From positions 1 to 64,000 of IMG/VR virus record IMGVR_UViG_3300018494_000116: a DNA stretch of 64,000 nucleotides. One strand, given 5' to 3'. The stretch's first letter is position 1; each line of letters starts with the position of its first letter. Made by a program: the position numbers and the translations under genes. The notes beneath the pieces are model-generated. The model saw only the letters and a list, made by a program, of their open reading frames with translations. It was not told the origin of the DNA and ran no database searches. Source of the stretch: an uncultured virus (IMG/VR IMGVR_UViG_3300018494_000116) (taxonomy: Duplodnaviria > Heunggongvirae > Uroviricota > Caudoviricetes). Positions 40,048 through 49,753 of this stretch are shown piece after piece.

Positions 40048-40941
40048 TTATATAAGAGAAGCTGTTGCGCTACGAGTAATAGCGCCCATAGCGGCTGCTG
40101 CAGCATTCATAGTAGGAACAGATGCAGTTTCAGTTGCTGCATTTCTTGCCTTTTCTACTCTCTCTGCGTCTGCCTGCTTATATGCGGCAACGAGCTTCTT
40201 AATCATCTCTTCACTATATGCATTTTCATCATCTTCTGCGAGAGGATTGGTGCCAGACTGAATAGTATAAGTCTTCTCAGTCTTAACAAAAGTCTTTACA
40301 AGGGGTTCACCAAAATCTGCGGGAACAGTTTTGGTCTCTACTGAAGTAATAGAACCAAGTGTTCCAGAAAATTCTACGGTTGATTTAGTAAGATAATTAG
40401 CTTCGATAACACGAGCTTTATCTACATCATTCTTATTCACATCGAAACGAATAACAAACAGACCGGTATCATTGTAATTTGCCTGAGCAACCTCGATGCG
40501 GTAGCCGAGAAGATTGTCTTCCTTATCCTTACGCTCATAAATAGGCCTGGTTACAAAACCAGAGAACTCAAATGTTGCCTTATCTTCTGTGTCAGTATTG
40601 TAAGCAAGGTTAATAAACTTGCCATTAATCTGATTGAAATGTCTTACATCTCCAGAGCTTTCATCTACTATGCTGCCCTCACCAAGAGAGCCAGTTACAC
40701 GAACTCTCTTATTAAGCATACTCTCGAGAGTAGTGTAAGACTTAAACAATTTATTGTCTGTTCCATTCTTGGTCTTTTCATACGCAAAAATAGAAACATC
40801 AATAATATTTTCTACGCCATTATCGTTTACCTTAACAGAAACCTTTCCGCTAATGTACTTTTTGTTTTCGCTAGAAATACGAACATCAGTCTTTACTTCT
40901 ACAACTTCACCGATAATAAATACATCATTCTTCTTAATCAT
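40048..40941 (-). CDS. putative single-stranded DNA-binding protein (tandem OB folds)
   Basis: Two beta-rich OB-like halves, high-expression codons, first gene of the replisome block. Confidence 0.6.
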   Translation of the reverse strand: MIKKNDVFIIGEVVEVKTDVRISSENKKYISGKVSVKVNDNGVENIIDVSIFAYEKTKNGTDNKLFKSYTTLESMLNKRVRVTGSLGEGSIVDESSGDVRHFNQINGKFINLAYNTDTEDKATFEFSGFVTRPIYERKDKEDNLLGYRIEVAQANYNDTGLFVIRFDVNKNDVDKARVIEANYLTKSTVEFSGTLGSITSVETKTVPADFGEPLVKTFVKTEKTYTIQSGTNPLAEDDENAYSEEMIKKLVAAYKQADAERVEKARNAATETASVPTMNAAAAAMGAITRSATASLI

Positions 40942-41003
40942 TTGTTTTTCTCCATTAAATATTAAAATCTTGTAATGTTCATATTCTTACCCATTTTGAA
41001 AAT

Positions 41004-41027
41004 AAAAGGCGCTAAGCCCGTAGCGCC
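41004..41027 (-). terminator. intrinsic terminator
   Basis: GGCGCTA/TAGCGCC stem with T-tract on the minus strand. Confidence 0.75.
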
Positions 41028-41080
41028 AATTCTTATCAATACAAGTTAGTTAGTTAATTTGTTGTAGCTTACAGCTTAAA

Positions 41081-41368
41081 TTAAGCCTCGTAAGCGCGAC
41101 CTGCATCAGTAATGAAGTAGGTAGTATAGGGCTTAACACCAGAACCAGCCTTGTTAGAGAATTCCTTCTCTCTCTGACCCTTACCAACAAGCTCTCTCTT
41201 TACAAGAGAATTAAGGGTACCCTGAATACCAACAGGGCTCATACCACAAGCCTCTGCAATCTCGTTACCAAAGTAACCAACTTCTCCATTGTCATTTGCC
41301 TTCAAATAAGCAAGAACAACTTTTGCGTTCTCACTAAGGGGTCTCTCTGTAATCTTAATATCTGCCAT
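41081..41368 (-). CDS. winged-helix DNA-binding protein
   Basis: LSENAKVVLAYL...EIAEACGMS...LNSLVKRELV...YFITDAG wHTH pattern. Confidence 0.75.
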   Translation of the reverse strand: MADIKITERPLSENAKVVLAYLKANDNGEVGYFGNEIAEACGMSPVGIQGTLNSLVKRELVGKGQREKEFSNKAGSGVKPYTTYFITDAGRAYEA

Positions 41369-41464
41369 TTTAAATATTCTCCTTTAATTTTAAAAATTGT
41401 TTGTTTATTTTATTTGTTTTATTTCACAGAGAGTGGGCAAATCTCTCGTGTTTTTTCTATAAAT

Positions 41465-41493
41465 ATTATATCATAAATTTTAATAAAAGTCAA
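41465..41493 (-). promoter_or_regulatory. sigma-A-type promoter
   Basis: TTGACT, 17 nt, TATAAT. Confidence 0.8.
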
Positions 41494-41520
41494 ACTTCCA
41501 AAGCTGTCTAATTTTGAAAA

Positions 41521-41817
41521 TCAATTTTCCGTTGTTATGGAAACAGCCGCCACTTCTACTGGTGAATAAGAATAATCATTAACAAGAAAACCAATCATCT
41601 TTTCTACATCATCAATAATTACAGCAGACACTTCTGCATGCAAAAGCTCGCTTCCGCATATTACTTCTGCCATTTTACCAAAATAAGTAAGAGATTTTTC
41701 TTCAAGACTTTTGCGCTTACTTTCAGATAGACACCAAATTGGCGTATCTGTATCAATAGAAAGTTGAAGGATTTCTTTTGTTTTGCCAGTGCATTGCGGT
41801 CGTGCAATAATTTTCAT
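41521..41817 (-). CDS. small P-loop-containing protein
   Basis: IIARPQCTGKT and VIIDD within 98 aa. Confidence 0.6.
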   Translation of the reverse strand: MKIIARPQCTGKTKEILQLSIDTDTPIWCLSESKRKSLEEKSLTYFGKMAEVICGSELLHAEVSAVIIDDVEKMIGFLVNDYSYSPVEVAAVSITTEN

Positions 41818-41848
41818 TTTTTTTCTCGCTTTCATCTTTTCTATAAAT

Positions 41849-41877
41849 ATTATAACGCATTTTTCTTGAAAAAGCAA
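41849..41877 (-). promoter_or_regulatory. sigma-A-type promoter
   Basis: TTGCTT, 17 nt, TATAAT. Confidence 0.7.
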
Positions 41878-41897
41878 ATTTTCAAACTTGTCAAATT

Positions 41898-42473
41898 TCA
41901 AATTGCAATAACTGGCGGCGCTTTCTTAATATCGCCCCAAATAAACCAACCATATTCATGTGCATCTGTTCCAGAGCCGGTAAAACTTGGTCGCTTACTT
42001 AAGGCCCAAACAGCGTCTGGCGGATACTTATTCCACATTTCATGACGTTTTTGAGAACCTAAAAATCCAAGTCTTTGCAAAATTATAAAAGTTGTTTGCG
42101 GCTTTTTATGTTCTAGTATATGCTCTACTATTTCTTGAGAAATAGAAAAAGGAGGGTTGGTTATAATAGTATCAAAAGCGTTGATTTCACTTGGGGTTAA
42201 ATCTAAAACATCGTGCGTACCATAACAAAGTATATCTCCTCTTTCACACAATTTCTGTAAAAACGGCAAATGACTTTCATCTATATCATAAGCCTGAATT
42301 TCACTATCTGGATAATACATACTCATTCTCTCTATTAGAGCGCCATCGCCGGCACAGGGTTCTAAAACCCTGTCACCCAAATTTATATTATATTTTCTTA
42401 AATTTTCCAATAATGCATCAATTGCACTTTGAGGCGTTGGATAAAAATCATACGGACTGCGTTTACTTGCCAT
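41898..42473 (-). CDS. DNA amino-methyltransferase (probably N6-adenine)
   Basis: DFYPTP, LEPCAGDG (motif I), ITNPPF (motif IV). Confidence 0.85.
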   Translation of the reverse strand: MASKRSPYDFYPTPQSAIDALLENLRKYNINLGDRVLEPCAGDGALIERMSMYYPDSEIQAYDIDESHLPFLQKLCERGDILCYGTHDVLDLTPSEINAFDTIITNPPFSISQEIVEHILEHKKPQTTFIILQRLGFLGSQKRHEMWNKYPPDAVWALSKRPSFTGSGTDAHEYGWFIWGDIKKAPPVIAI

Positions 42474-42630
42474 CTGGTATATCCCCCGAAACAATTAATT
42501 CACATAAAGCAACTAATACTATTCCATCGCAGGCAATAGCACCAAAATTAATTTGCTCTATTGCCGCATCTATTTCTTCAACGGTAATGTCATATTTTTT
42601 ACATAAATTTTCATATCTGTGTTTTACCAT
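42463..42630 (-). CDS. hypothetical protein (55 aa)
   Basis: MVKHRYENLCKKYDIT... fills the gap between topoisomerase A and the MTase with overlapping ends. Confidence 0.45.
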   Translation of the reverse strand: MVKHRYENLCKKYDITVEEIDAAIEQINFGAIACDGIVLVALCELIVSGDIPDGK

Positions 42631-44855
42631 ATAAATTTTGCATCCTTTGTTGTTTTATTTCCTTGCGCAGATTTGCCTTTAGGAGTGTATTCAGAAGCTC
42701 CAAAATGTGTTATTTTAACGCCGTTTTCTATTAGATAAAATTCTTTCTTTGGGATTGTAGTCAGCGCAATCGTATTTTCAGCAATAGCATAACCCAAAGC
42801 ATTTTTGCCGCTTATGGAATAATCAGAGCAGACAGTAATTTTATACTTTTCATCACTAATACAACCAATATGATCGTTTTCACTTGCTATGCATGCAGAT
42901 ACTACTCCAACAGCCATACCTTTTACTCCAATTGTGTTGCGTCCAGTAGTAGTAAAATCAGAAACTAATATCTTACTTACCTTACCATTGACACCAAGCA
43001 TCAAAAGATAATCTTCATCGTTTGCTGCTCCAACAAATACTACTGACTCTCCATCACGCAATTTACCAACTACGGGATTGCGTTTAAAACCATTATATTC
43101 TGTAATTAGCGACTTCTTTACTGTTCCCTTGTTCGTTACATGAATAATATATTTCTTTTCGTCTGTTCTAAACAAGCCCACACAATCAGTTACATCTGTT
43201 GTTTTAAAAGGATTGATATTATATATTTTTCCATCTGCGCCATAGGAGTAAATAGTATCTAAAAGTTTACACATACAACCAGTTTTAAATTTCTTTTTAT
43301 ACCATTCATGAGTTTTGACACTAGCATTAATTTTATCAAAAGGTTCTGTAACAATTACTTCATTTGTATCTGTAATCATTACTACTACATTTTTATTATT
43401 GAGCTTTGGTGCTTCTTCTTCTTCCATTGGCGTAATTTTTGTTCTGCGCTCATCTCCAAATTTTCTAGAAACTTCACGCCATCCTTTAATGATTTGCTCA
43501 TTAAATAATTCTTCACTATTTAAAATTAATAAAATTTGATTAATTGTATAAAGCAATTCAACTTTTTCTTTTTCTAACTTTTCTACTTCCAAATGTGCCA
43601 AACGACTCAATTTCATATCCAAAATTGCTTTTGTTTGAGTTTCGGTTAAAATAAATTTTTTCCGCAATAGTTCATTTGCAACGGCAACAGAAGAAGAAGT
43701 TTTAATTGTATGAACTACTTCATCTATATTTGCAAGAGCAATAAGTAATCCTTCAACTATGTGAAGTCTATCTTCTGCCTTATTTTTATCATATTCAAAA
43801 CCGCGACGATATACAACTTTTTCATGATCTATGTGTGATTGAAGAGCTTCTTTCCAAGTAAATAACTTGGGGTATCGACCATTTTCAAGCATAGTCAAAT
43901 TAATTGCATACCAATATTGGAGAGAAGTGTTTTTATATAAATATTTCAAAATACTTTGAGGATTTGCGCCCTTGTTTAAATATATTTTTATAAGTGGTGT
44001 TTTACCAGTTAAATCGTTATATCTATCAATACCGGGATTATGTTCATCTTCAAGTATTGCGTCAAGTTCTGCATTAATAGTATTTGTATAAACGGAATAA
44101 GGTATTTCTGTAACAACCAAACAGTTTTCTTTCGCATCGTAGTTAATAACTGAACGCAAAAGGCAAGATTTGCCATTACCATTTTTCAAACTTTCTTTTA
44201 CTTCTGACGGGTTGAGTAGACAAGCGCCAGTTGCAAAATCAGGCATAACAATAATGTCGTCATCTGGAATATTCGGATTTAGTAATAACTTCTCCAAAGC
44301 CGCATTTATTTCTTTAAGATTAAATTGTGGAATGGAGCTGCTCATGCCTATACCTATTCCAAAACTACCATTGCATATATTATAAAATCCTTTTGAAGGT
44401 AGCACTCCTGGATATTGCTTAGTATTATCATAGTTATTGCGCCAATCGTCTATGGTATTTTTTTCTATATCTCCAAATATTTCCTCCATAAGTGCCGAAG
44501 TACGACTTTCTGTATAACGCATTGCTGCCCAGTTGCCGCTTTTAATTAAAGAACCTGCGTTACCTTTAACATCTGTAAGTGGATAGCGCATAGAAAATGT
44601 TTGACCTGCGCGCATGATAATACCCTCACAAGAAGCATCGCCATGTATATAATAATCCGCCATTGCCATACCAACTGCATTTGCAGTTTTCTTGTGGGGT
44701 TTATTATGCACAAGTTTTCGTTCATGCATAGAATATAAAATCTGTCGCGCAGAAGGTTTAATACAATCTCTAGAGTCTATGAGCGCTCTTGATTGTAAAA
44801 CCGCTCCTGCGTATTGATTAAAACTTTGTTCTATAATTGGTTTTAATTCTCCCAT
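42624..44855 (-). CDS. gyrA: type IIA topoisomerase subunit A (GyrA/ParC family)
   Basis: RDCIKPSARQILY, IHGDAS, AAMRYTE catalytic Tyr, PDFATG, C-terminal pinwheel repeats. Confidence 0.9.
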   Translation of the reverse strand: MGELKPIIEQSFNQYAGAVLQSRALIDSRDCIKPSARQILYSMHERKLVHNKPHKKTANAVGMAMADYYIHGDASCEGIIMRAGQTFSMRYPLTDVKGNAGSLIKSGNWAAMRYTESRTSALMEEIFGDIEKNTIDDWRNNYDNTKQYPGVLPSKGFYNICNGSFGIGIGMSSSIPQFNLKEINAALEKLLLNPNIPDDDIIVMPDFATGACLLNPSEVKESLKNGNGKSCLLRSVINYDAKENCLVVTEIPYSVYTNTINAELDAILEDEHNPGIDRYNDLTGKTPLIKIYLNKGANPQSILKYLYKNTSLQYWYAINLTMLENGRYPKLFTWKEALQSHIDHEKVVYRRGFEYDKNKAEDRLHIVEGLLIALANIDEVVHTIKTSSSVAVANELLRKKFILTETQTKAILDMKLSRLAHLEVEKLEKEKVELLYTINQILLILNSEELFNEQIIKGWREVSRKFGDERRTKITPMEEEEAPKLNNKNVVVMITDTNEVIVTEPFDKINASVKTHEWYKKKFKTGCMCKLLDTIYSYGADGKIYNINPFKTTDVTDCVGLFRTDEKKYIIHVTNKGTVKKSLITEYNGFKRNPVVGKLRDGESVVFVGAANDEDYLLMLGVNGKVSKILVSDFTTTGRNTIGVKGMAVGVVSACIASENDHIGCISDEKYKITVCSDYSISGKNALGYAIAENTIALTTIPKKEFYLIENGVKITHFGASEYTPKGKSAQGNKTTKDAKFIW

Positions 44856-45088
44856 CTGTCGCCCAGCTCCCTTTCTACTGTTTTTATAGTGTCTTTTAGT
44901 TGTTTATACCATTCAACAAGTTCTTGATTATTTAATTCTCTTAATTCCAAATGTTTTGGCATTAGAATTATATTTTGATTATCTTTATTTTCTTTTATAG
45001 CAATTTTACATATATAATGATATAAATTATTTAATTCTTCATAACCCACATTTTTATAATCTTGCGGATTATAATACAAAACAATCAT
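44843..45088 (-). CDS. hypothetical protein
   Basis: 81-aa ORF between topoisomerase B and A genes. Confidence 0.6.
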   Translation of the reverse strand: MIVLYYNPQDYKNVGYEELNNLYHYICKIAIKENKDNQNIILMPKHLELRELNNQELVEWYKQLKDTIKTVERELGDRWEN

Positions 45089-45094
45089 ATTTAT

Positions 45095-46960
45095 TTACTC
45101 CCTTATCGTACTAAAATCAATATTTTTTACTATATAATTTCTACGCAACTCAGAGTCGTCACCCATTAATTCACTTAATAGTTCTACACCAGCAGTTGAA
45201 TAAGATAACACTTCCAAGCGTTGTTGGGGAGCAGTAAACATAGATGCCTTTGCTGTTTCAGATGAAAGTTCACCCAAACCTTTAGCACGAGTAACTGTTC
45301 CTGTAATTTTACTGCGTACTTTATCAAACTCTTCGTCTGTATAATAATATGACTCTTTAGTGCCATTAGTTACTATATATAGGGGAGAATGTAGCCAACA
45401 TAATCTTCCTTCTTTGATAAAATCGGGCGCCAAATGATAGAGTGCTGCCATAATAAGTAATGCTATATGACCGCCATCGCTATCAGCGTCCACACAAATT
45501 CCTATTTTACCATACCTTAGCTTTTTATTATTGTATGCTCCCGGTATAATATTCATTGCACTTAATAGCAACTTAATTTCTTCATTATCAAAAATATCTT
45601 CTTCTTTATTAGCAAGGCAATTTATAATTTTTCCGCGTATCGCAAGTATTCCATACTTTGTGTAATCTCTTGCTTGAGCAATTCCACCCAAAGCCGAGTC
45701 ACCTTCTACAATAAGAAGAGTACTATTTTCACCTAAAAATTCTGCATCCTTCAATTTGTCGCTCGCAAATACTTTGCGTTTTTGATTTCTTTCTATTTCT
45801 TTTGTTGACTCTAAAACTTTCTTTCGAGCATTTTCTGCCGCAACTTCTGCTTTAACAACCTTATTTAATAATTCTACAACTTTATTAAAATCTGCCGCAT
45901 TTTTTGATGCAAAATCTTTTATTGCATTTGTGATTGCAGTTGAGGCTGCTGTGCGCGCTTCGGGATTTGCAAGAGCTGTTTTAGCCTGATTGGAAAATTG
46001 ACCCATGCGCACTTTTACAGATACAAAACCATCTAACACATCTCTGATTTGTTCTCCTGTGAATTTTTCACCGCTTAAATTATTAAACACTTTTGTAAGC
46101 GATGTTTTAAAACCAGTAATAAATGCGCCTCCATCTGGCATATACAAACCATTTGCATAACCTCTAATTTCGCCTTTTTTGCTTACCCACTGCAAAGCTA
46201 ACTCTACTTTACAATCATCTGTTTCGTAAAAGTATGAAAACGGTTTGGAAACGGGATTGGGATGATTTAGTCCGTCAACCAAACCATTTTTACACAAGAA
46301 AATTTCCTCTTTTCCATCAACTACAAGAATAATCTTCAGTCCTATTGTAAAATAAGAAATTTCTGTTAACATATCGCGCAAAGATTCAATATCTATAAAA
46401 CAATCTCCATATACTTCTGGATCTGGTTTATATATAATATATGTGCCGGTAGTATTATCACCCTTGGCCTCTATTACTCCTGTAATTGCTTTGGCGCCTT
46501 CATTGTCGCTCTCAAAGCGTTGTTTATACACTTTGCCGTCTCGCTTAACAGTAACTTCGAGCCACTTGGCTGTGTGACATACAACCTTATTTCCTTCTCC
46601 ATTAATACCAACTGCACTAGAATATGCTCCCTCACTATGCTTACCGCCAGAGTGAGGAATCAAAAACGCAGCAGTAAGGGAATTCATGCCATCTTTTCTT
46701 ATACCTACTGGTATGCCACGCATATTATCTTCTACGCTAATAGTGTGAGTTTTGGTATCCAAAGTTATTTTCAATAACGGATTTTTTGGCTTAAACACTT
46801 CATATTCGTCTTGTACATTAACAATTAATTCGCGCAAGCCAAGATTTATTGCTTCTTGTCGATCGGCACTTAGATACATTCCTATTTTTTCTCTAAATGC
46901 TCTGCCTGCAGATAAGCTTACTATGTCTTCTGCGCCATAGTTTATATTTTGTTTATCCAT
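45095..46960 (-). CDS. gyrB: type IIA topoisomerase subunit B (GyrB/ParE family)
   Basis: GHKL motifs (ELIVNVQDE, DNMRGIP, HSGGK), IVEGDSA, IRGKIIN, DADSDG, KGLGE. Confidence 0.9.
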   Translation of the reverse strand: MDKQNINYGAEDIVSLSAGRAFREKIGMYLSADRQEAINLGLRELIVNVQDEYEVFKPKNPLLKITLDTKTHTISVEDNMRGIPVGIRKDGMNSLTAAFLIPHSGGKHSEGAYSSAVGINGEGNKVVCHTAKWLEVTVKRDGKVYKQRFESDNEGAKAITGVIEAKGDNTTGTYIIYKPDPEVYGDCFIDIESLRDMLTEISYFTIGLKIILVVDGKEEIFLCKNGLVDGLNHPNPVSKPFSYFYETDDCKVELALQWVSKKGEIRGYANGLYMPDGGAFITGFKTSLTKVFNNLSGEKFTGEQIRDVLDGFVSVKVRMGQFSNQAKTALANPEARTAASTAITNAIKDFASKNAADFNKVVELLNKVVKAEVAAENARKKVLESTKEIERNQKRKVFASDKLKDAEFLGENSTLLIVEGDSALGGIAQARDYTKYGILAIRGKIINCLANKEEDIFDNEEIKLLLSAMNIIPGAYNNKKLRYGKIGICVDADSDGGHIALLIMAALYHLAPDFIKEGRLCWLHSPLYIVTNGTKESYYYTDEEFDKVRSKITGTVTRAKGLGELSSETAKASMFTAPQQRLEVLSYSTAGVELLSELMGDDSELRRNYIVKNIDFSTIRE

Positions 46961-47276
46961 GCATATTCTCCAATCTGTTTATTGTTCCTAAAGTTGTTCC
47001 GATTTTTGAAATTCGTATCATCTTATCAATTGTCATTTCAATTCTACGCTTTAAATGTTTGTTTTTAGCATTTGTGCCGACCATCCAATAAATTGTTACA
47101 CTAGGTTTACTCTTACCGCAAGGGTGGTCCGCTAATCTCAAACATGGCGCAGAAGTTGGCAACAACAATCTGAAATACATTGTACCACTGTTTGCTTCAA
47201 TTTCTTTAAAAGAAATTTTTTTAGTTCGTAAATAACTTCTAATCACAGAAACACAAAATTCTTTTTTGTTTTTCAC
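46953..47276 (-). CDS. hypothetical protein
   Basis: 107 aa, AAGGAG RBS before GTG, own promoter. Confidence 0.65.
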   Translation of the reverse strand: MKNKKEFCVSVIRSYLRTKKISFKEIEANSGTMYFRLLLPTSAPCLRLADHPCGKSKPSVTIYWMVGTNAKNKHLKRRIEMTIDKMIRISKIGTTLGTINRLENMHG

Positions 47277-47309
47277 TGAAAACTCCTTTCTCGGTTCTTT
47301 TCTATAATA

Positions 47310-47348
47310 ATTATAACATAAAAAGAGCCAAAAATCAAGTTTTGGCTC
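47310..47348 (-). promoter_or_regulatory. sigma-A-type promoter overlapping upstream terminator hairpin
   Basis: TTGATT (47333-47338), 17 nt, TATAAT (47310-47315); GAGCCAAAA/TTTTGGCTC inverted repeat. Confidence 0.75.
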
Positions 47349-47355
47349 AAAATTT

Positions 47356-47562
47356 TTATTTTTCTTCAGGAAAATCAGGAAAACCTAATTTTTGTCCGCA
47401 AGTTCCACAATATCTATCACGCATATTGCAGGTCCGGCCGCATCTACATTGCTTCCAACTATCAAGATAGCCTCTAAATTCATATTGTGTAGGCATAAAT
47501 GGATCGTGAATGTTCCAAACTTCTACATTCTCTGTATTTATATTACTCGACTGTATTTCCAT
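47356..47562 (-). CDS. small Zn-ribbon protein
   Basis: CRCG...YCGTCGQKL. Confidence 0.6.
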   Translation of the reverse strand: MEIQSSNINTENVEVWNIHDPFMPTQYEFRGYLDSWKQCRCGRTCNMRDRYCGTCGQKLGFPDFPEEK

Positions 47563-47749
47563 TTTCTGATACCTGCTCGGTTAAAGCATAATATAAATTG
47601 ACATCATCGTTAATTAAATCTTTAATTAAATCTGCAGTAGTGCATGCTACTTTTCTACATCTTATGTCTACGTCTTCTCTATTATTACAAATACATATAA
47701 TATCTAGCAATCTATTTGTTACTGCTTTTTTATACATTTCAATAGTCAT
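47543..47749 (-). CDS. hypothetical protein
   Basis: 68-aa ORF with GGAGG RBS after ligase. Confidence 0.55.
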   Translation of the reverse strand: MTIEMYKKAVTNRLLDIICICNNREDVDIRCRKVACTTADLIKDLINDDVNLYYALTEQVSENGNTVE

Positions 47750-47750
47750 A

Positions 47751-48821
47751 TTATGCCTCCGTACGTATTCTAATAAGACGAGGATGTCTTAAACTACCAC
47801 TGTCTTTATCTATTTCCATAGCACTAACAGTAGCAACAAGACTTCCTTCATCAAGTAATTTCTTTGCCTCTTCTGTTGCCAACCACTCTCTATCTTCATC
47901 TGTCAGACCGCTAGTTACTCGTACTAAAGTTCCTTGATTATTTACTATAACTCCATTATACCAGTCCATCCAGTAAGGTTTAGTTACTGGCTCCCATTTT
48001 ATCACATCAATAGTAGAGTCCGGACTACCCAAACTTCTAACTTCTGTTTCGTCTGATTTGGTGCCAACCCAATATTTCCAAATGCTGGCATCTTCTCCGC
48101 AATAAGCCTTATTTGGTGCTATAAAGCTAACAATAGGAAGTTCAAGTTCTTCTACAATTTTTTTAACTTTAAGTGTGTCCCAAGCAGTTCTGGCACCGGG
48201 TTTATATTTTGCGTCTTTACGATGTATAACAATACCCTCTCCGCCCGCTGCAAGTATTTCTTGTAAAAATTCTTCAAAATCTCCACATTCTACTGCATCT
48301 GTCATAGACATATAATATCCAAAATCCACTACTGCATCGCGTGCATTTGCAAATCTTTCCCAATATGGTTTTTCCATTAAATCTATACCGGCAAAAGCAA
48401 GACAATCAAAAACTTTAAATACTAACTTTATATCTTTTTGGCGCGCAACTGCTTTATCAGGCTTACAACGAAGTATGCTACCCACATCTTTGCTTGTTTT
48501 AGTAATATCTTCAAAACAAAGTTCTCCGATTAATACTGTTTCGCAAGGATAAGAATGCATTTCATCTATTATATGAGGAATGTGTTCCGTTTTATCACCG
48601 TATTCACCAGTTACCTTACTTATGCTTCTGCTTTGTGCTTTTATATTTCCTTCTGCATCTTTAATTATTCTGCACCATTCACCGTCATTTTTTCTGGTTG
48701 CAATATATGCCTTACCTTCATTCGTAAGCATCGCTTGTGCTTTTGCTTTGGAAAAATCTCCACCGCAATCATAATATTTCATTGGTGTCATTGTGTAAAA
48801 TTTTTCGAAATTATTTATCAT
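47751..48821 (-). CDS. lig: ATP-dependent DNA ligase
   Basis: RKNDGE (KxDG), IGEL, VFDCL, GEGIV, KVKK, SLRHPR. Confidence 0.9.
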   Translation of the reverse strand: MINNFEKFYTMTPMKYYDCGGDFSKAKAQAMLTNEGKAYIATRKNDGEWCRIIKDAEGNIKAQSRSISKVTGEYGDKTEHIPHIIDEMHSYPCETVLIGELCFEDITKTSKDVGSILRCKPDKAVARQKDIKLVFKVFDCLAFAGIDLMEKPYWERFANARDAVVDFGYYMSMTDAVECGDFEEFLQEILAAGGEGIVIHRKDAKYKPGARTAWDTLKVKKIVEELELPIVSFIAPNKAYCGEDASIWKYWVGTKSDETEVRSLGSPDSTIDVIKWEPVTKPYWMDWYNGVIVNNQGTLVRVTSGLTDEDREWLATEEAKKLLDEGSLVATVSAMEIDKDSGSLRHPRLIRIRTEA

Positions 48822-49009
48822 TATTTATTTCCGTACCTTTCTGTTAAAGATTGTAATACTTTATCATCAACCAAATCAAGTTTGTGAATAATATAATCTA
48901 ATTTGTTTTCAATTTCTTGCATATGATGATTACTATTTTCTATTTGGGTTATTTGCATAATGAAAGAAATAATAGAAAGAAAATCTAAAAATTCTAAATT
49001 ATTATACAT
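48821..49009 (-). CDS. hypothetical protein
   Basis: 62 aa, directly after promoter, TAATG-coupled to ligase. Confidence 0.55.
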   Translation of the reverse strand: MYNNLEFLDFLSIISFIMQITQIENSNHHMQEIENKLDYIIHKLDLVDDKVLQSLTERYGNK

Positions 49010-49037
49010 TTGCTCTCTTCTCTTCTCTTCTAAAAAT

Positions 49038-49066
49038 ATTATAACATATTTTTAGGTATTTGTCAA
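49038..49066 (-). promoter_or_regulatory. sigma-A-type promoter
   Basis: TTGACA, 17 nt, TATAAT. Confidence 0.85.
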
Positions 49067-49231
49067 GTTTTTATGCTTATTTTTATAAAATTGACATTCT
49101 TGATTGATTGGATAACCTCCAAGATCGCTCCAAGGGCATTTCGTTTGTGTCATTGGACAAATTTCATGTAACCAATATTCACACCAATCTGCCCATCTTA
49201 TTTCTTGATTTTCATCATTCTTTTGTTTCAT
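49052..49231 (-). CDS. small Cys-rich hypothetical protein (59 aa)
   Basis: GAGG RBS; MKQKNDENQEIRWADWCEYWLHEICPMTQTKCPW...ECQFY. Confidence 0.5.
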   Translation of the reverse strand: MKQKNDENQEIRWADWCEYWLHEICPMTQTKCPWSDLGGYPINQECQFYKNKHKNLTNT

Positions 49232-49736
49232 TTTTACCTCGAATACTTTTTAAACCCTTATAGTTGTGGTTTAAAATTTCATAATGCTTAACATGATGAT
49301 AACGACCATCAGACATTAGCCACTGCTCTTTACTAATTCCGTACATTTTGCCACCTAAAATTCCAATATATTTATCATAAACTCGTGCAGAAGGATTATC
49401 TAAAGCAGAGCTAAATGATAGTTTATGAAAATGGTATTTATTAAAAATATCGTCTATTGCTTGCAAAAGGTCTTTAATAAACAAAGGATTATTTTCAAAT
49501 CCGACAATTGTCAGTCCATTAACATTTCTACTGCTGCGAATTGTATGATATTGAATAAAACCTAAAATTTTATCTTTGTGTATAGAGACTAATTGAATGT
49601 AATTCCATCCGTTTACATCTATAGTCCATTCTTCTGCAAAACCATCTGCATAAACCCATTTATATTTCTCATCATACCAAGTTTCGTGTAATTTTTGTAA
49701 AACTTCTTCTTTATATAAAATTGCAGGCTGTAACAT
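49215..49736 (-). CDS. GNAT (RimJ/RimL-like) acetyltransferase
   Basis: ILGFIQY, FHKLSF...DNPSARVY, G..G.......DGRYHHVKHYEIL. Confidence 0.7.
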   Translation of the reverse strand: MLQPAILYKEEVLQKLHETWYDEKYKWVYADGFAEEWTIDVNGWNYIQLVSIHKDKILGFIQYHTIRSSRNVNGLTIVGFENNPLFIKDLLQAIDDIFNKYHFHKLSFSSALDNPSARVYDKYIGILGGKMYGISKEQWLMSDGRYHHVKHYEILNHNYKGLKSIRGKNETKE

Positions 49737-49753
49737 TTTTCTTTCCTTTCTCT

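Noticed and set aside
41898..42473. Restriction-modification system
   Set aside because: No adjacent endonuclease; an orphan protective methyltransferase is ordinary in phages.
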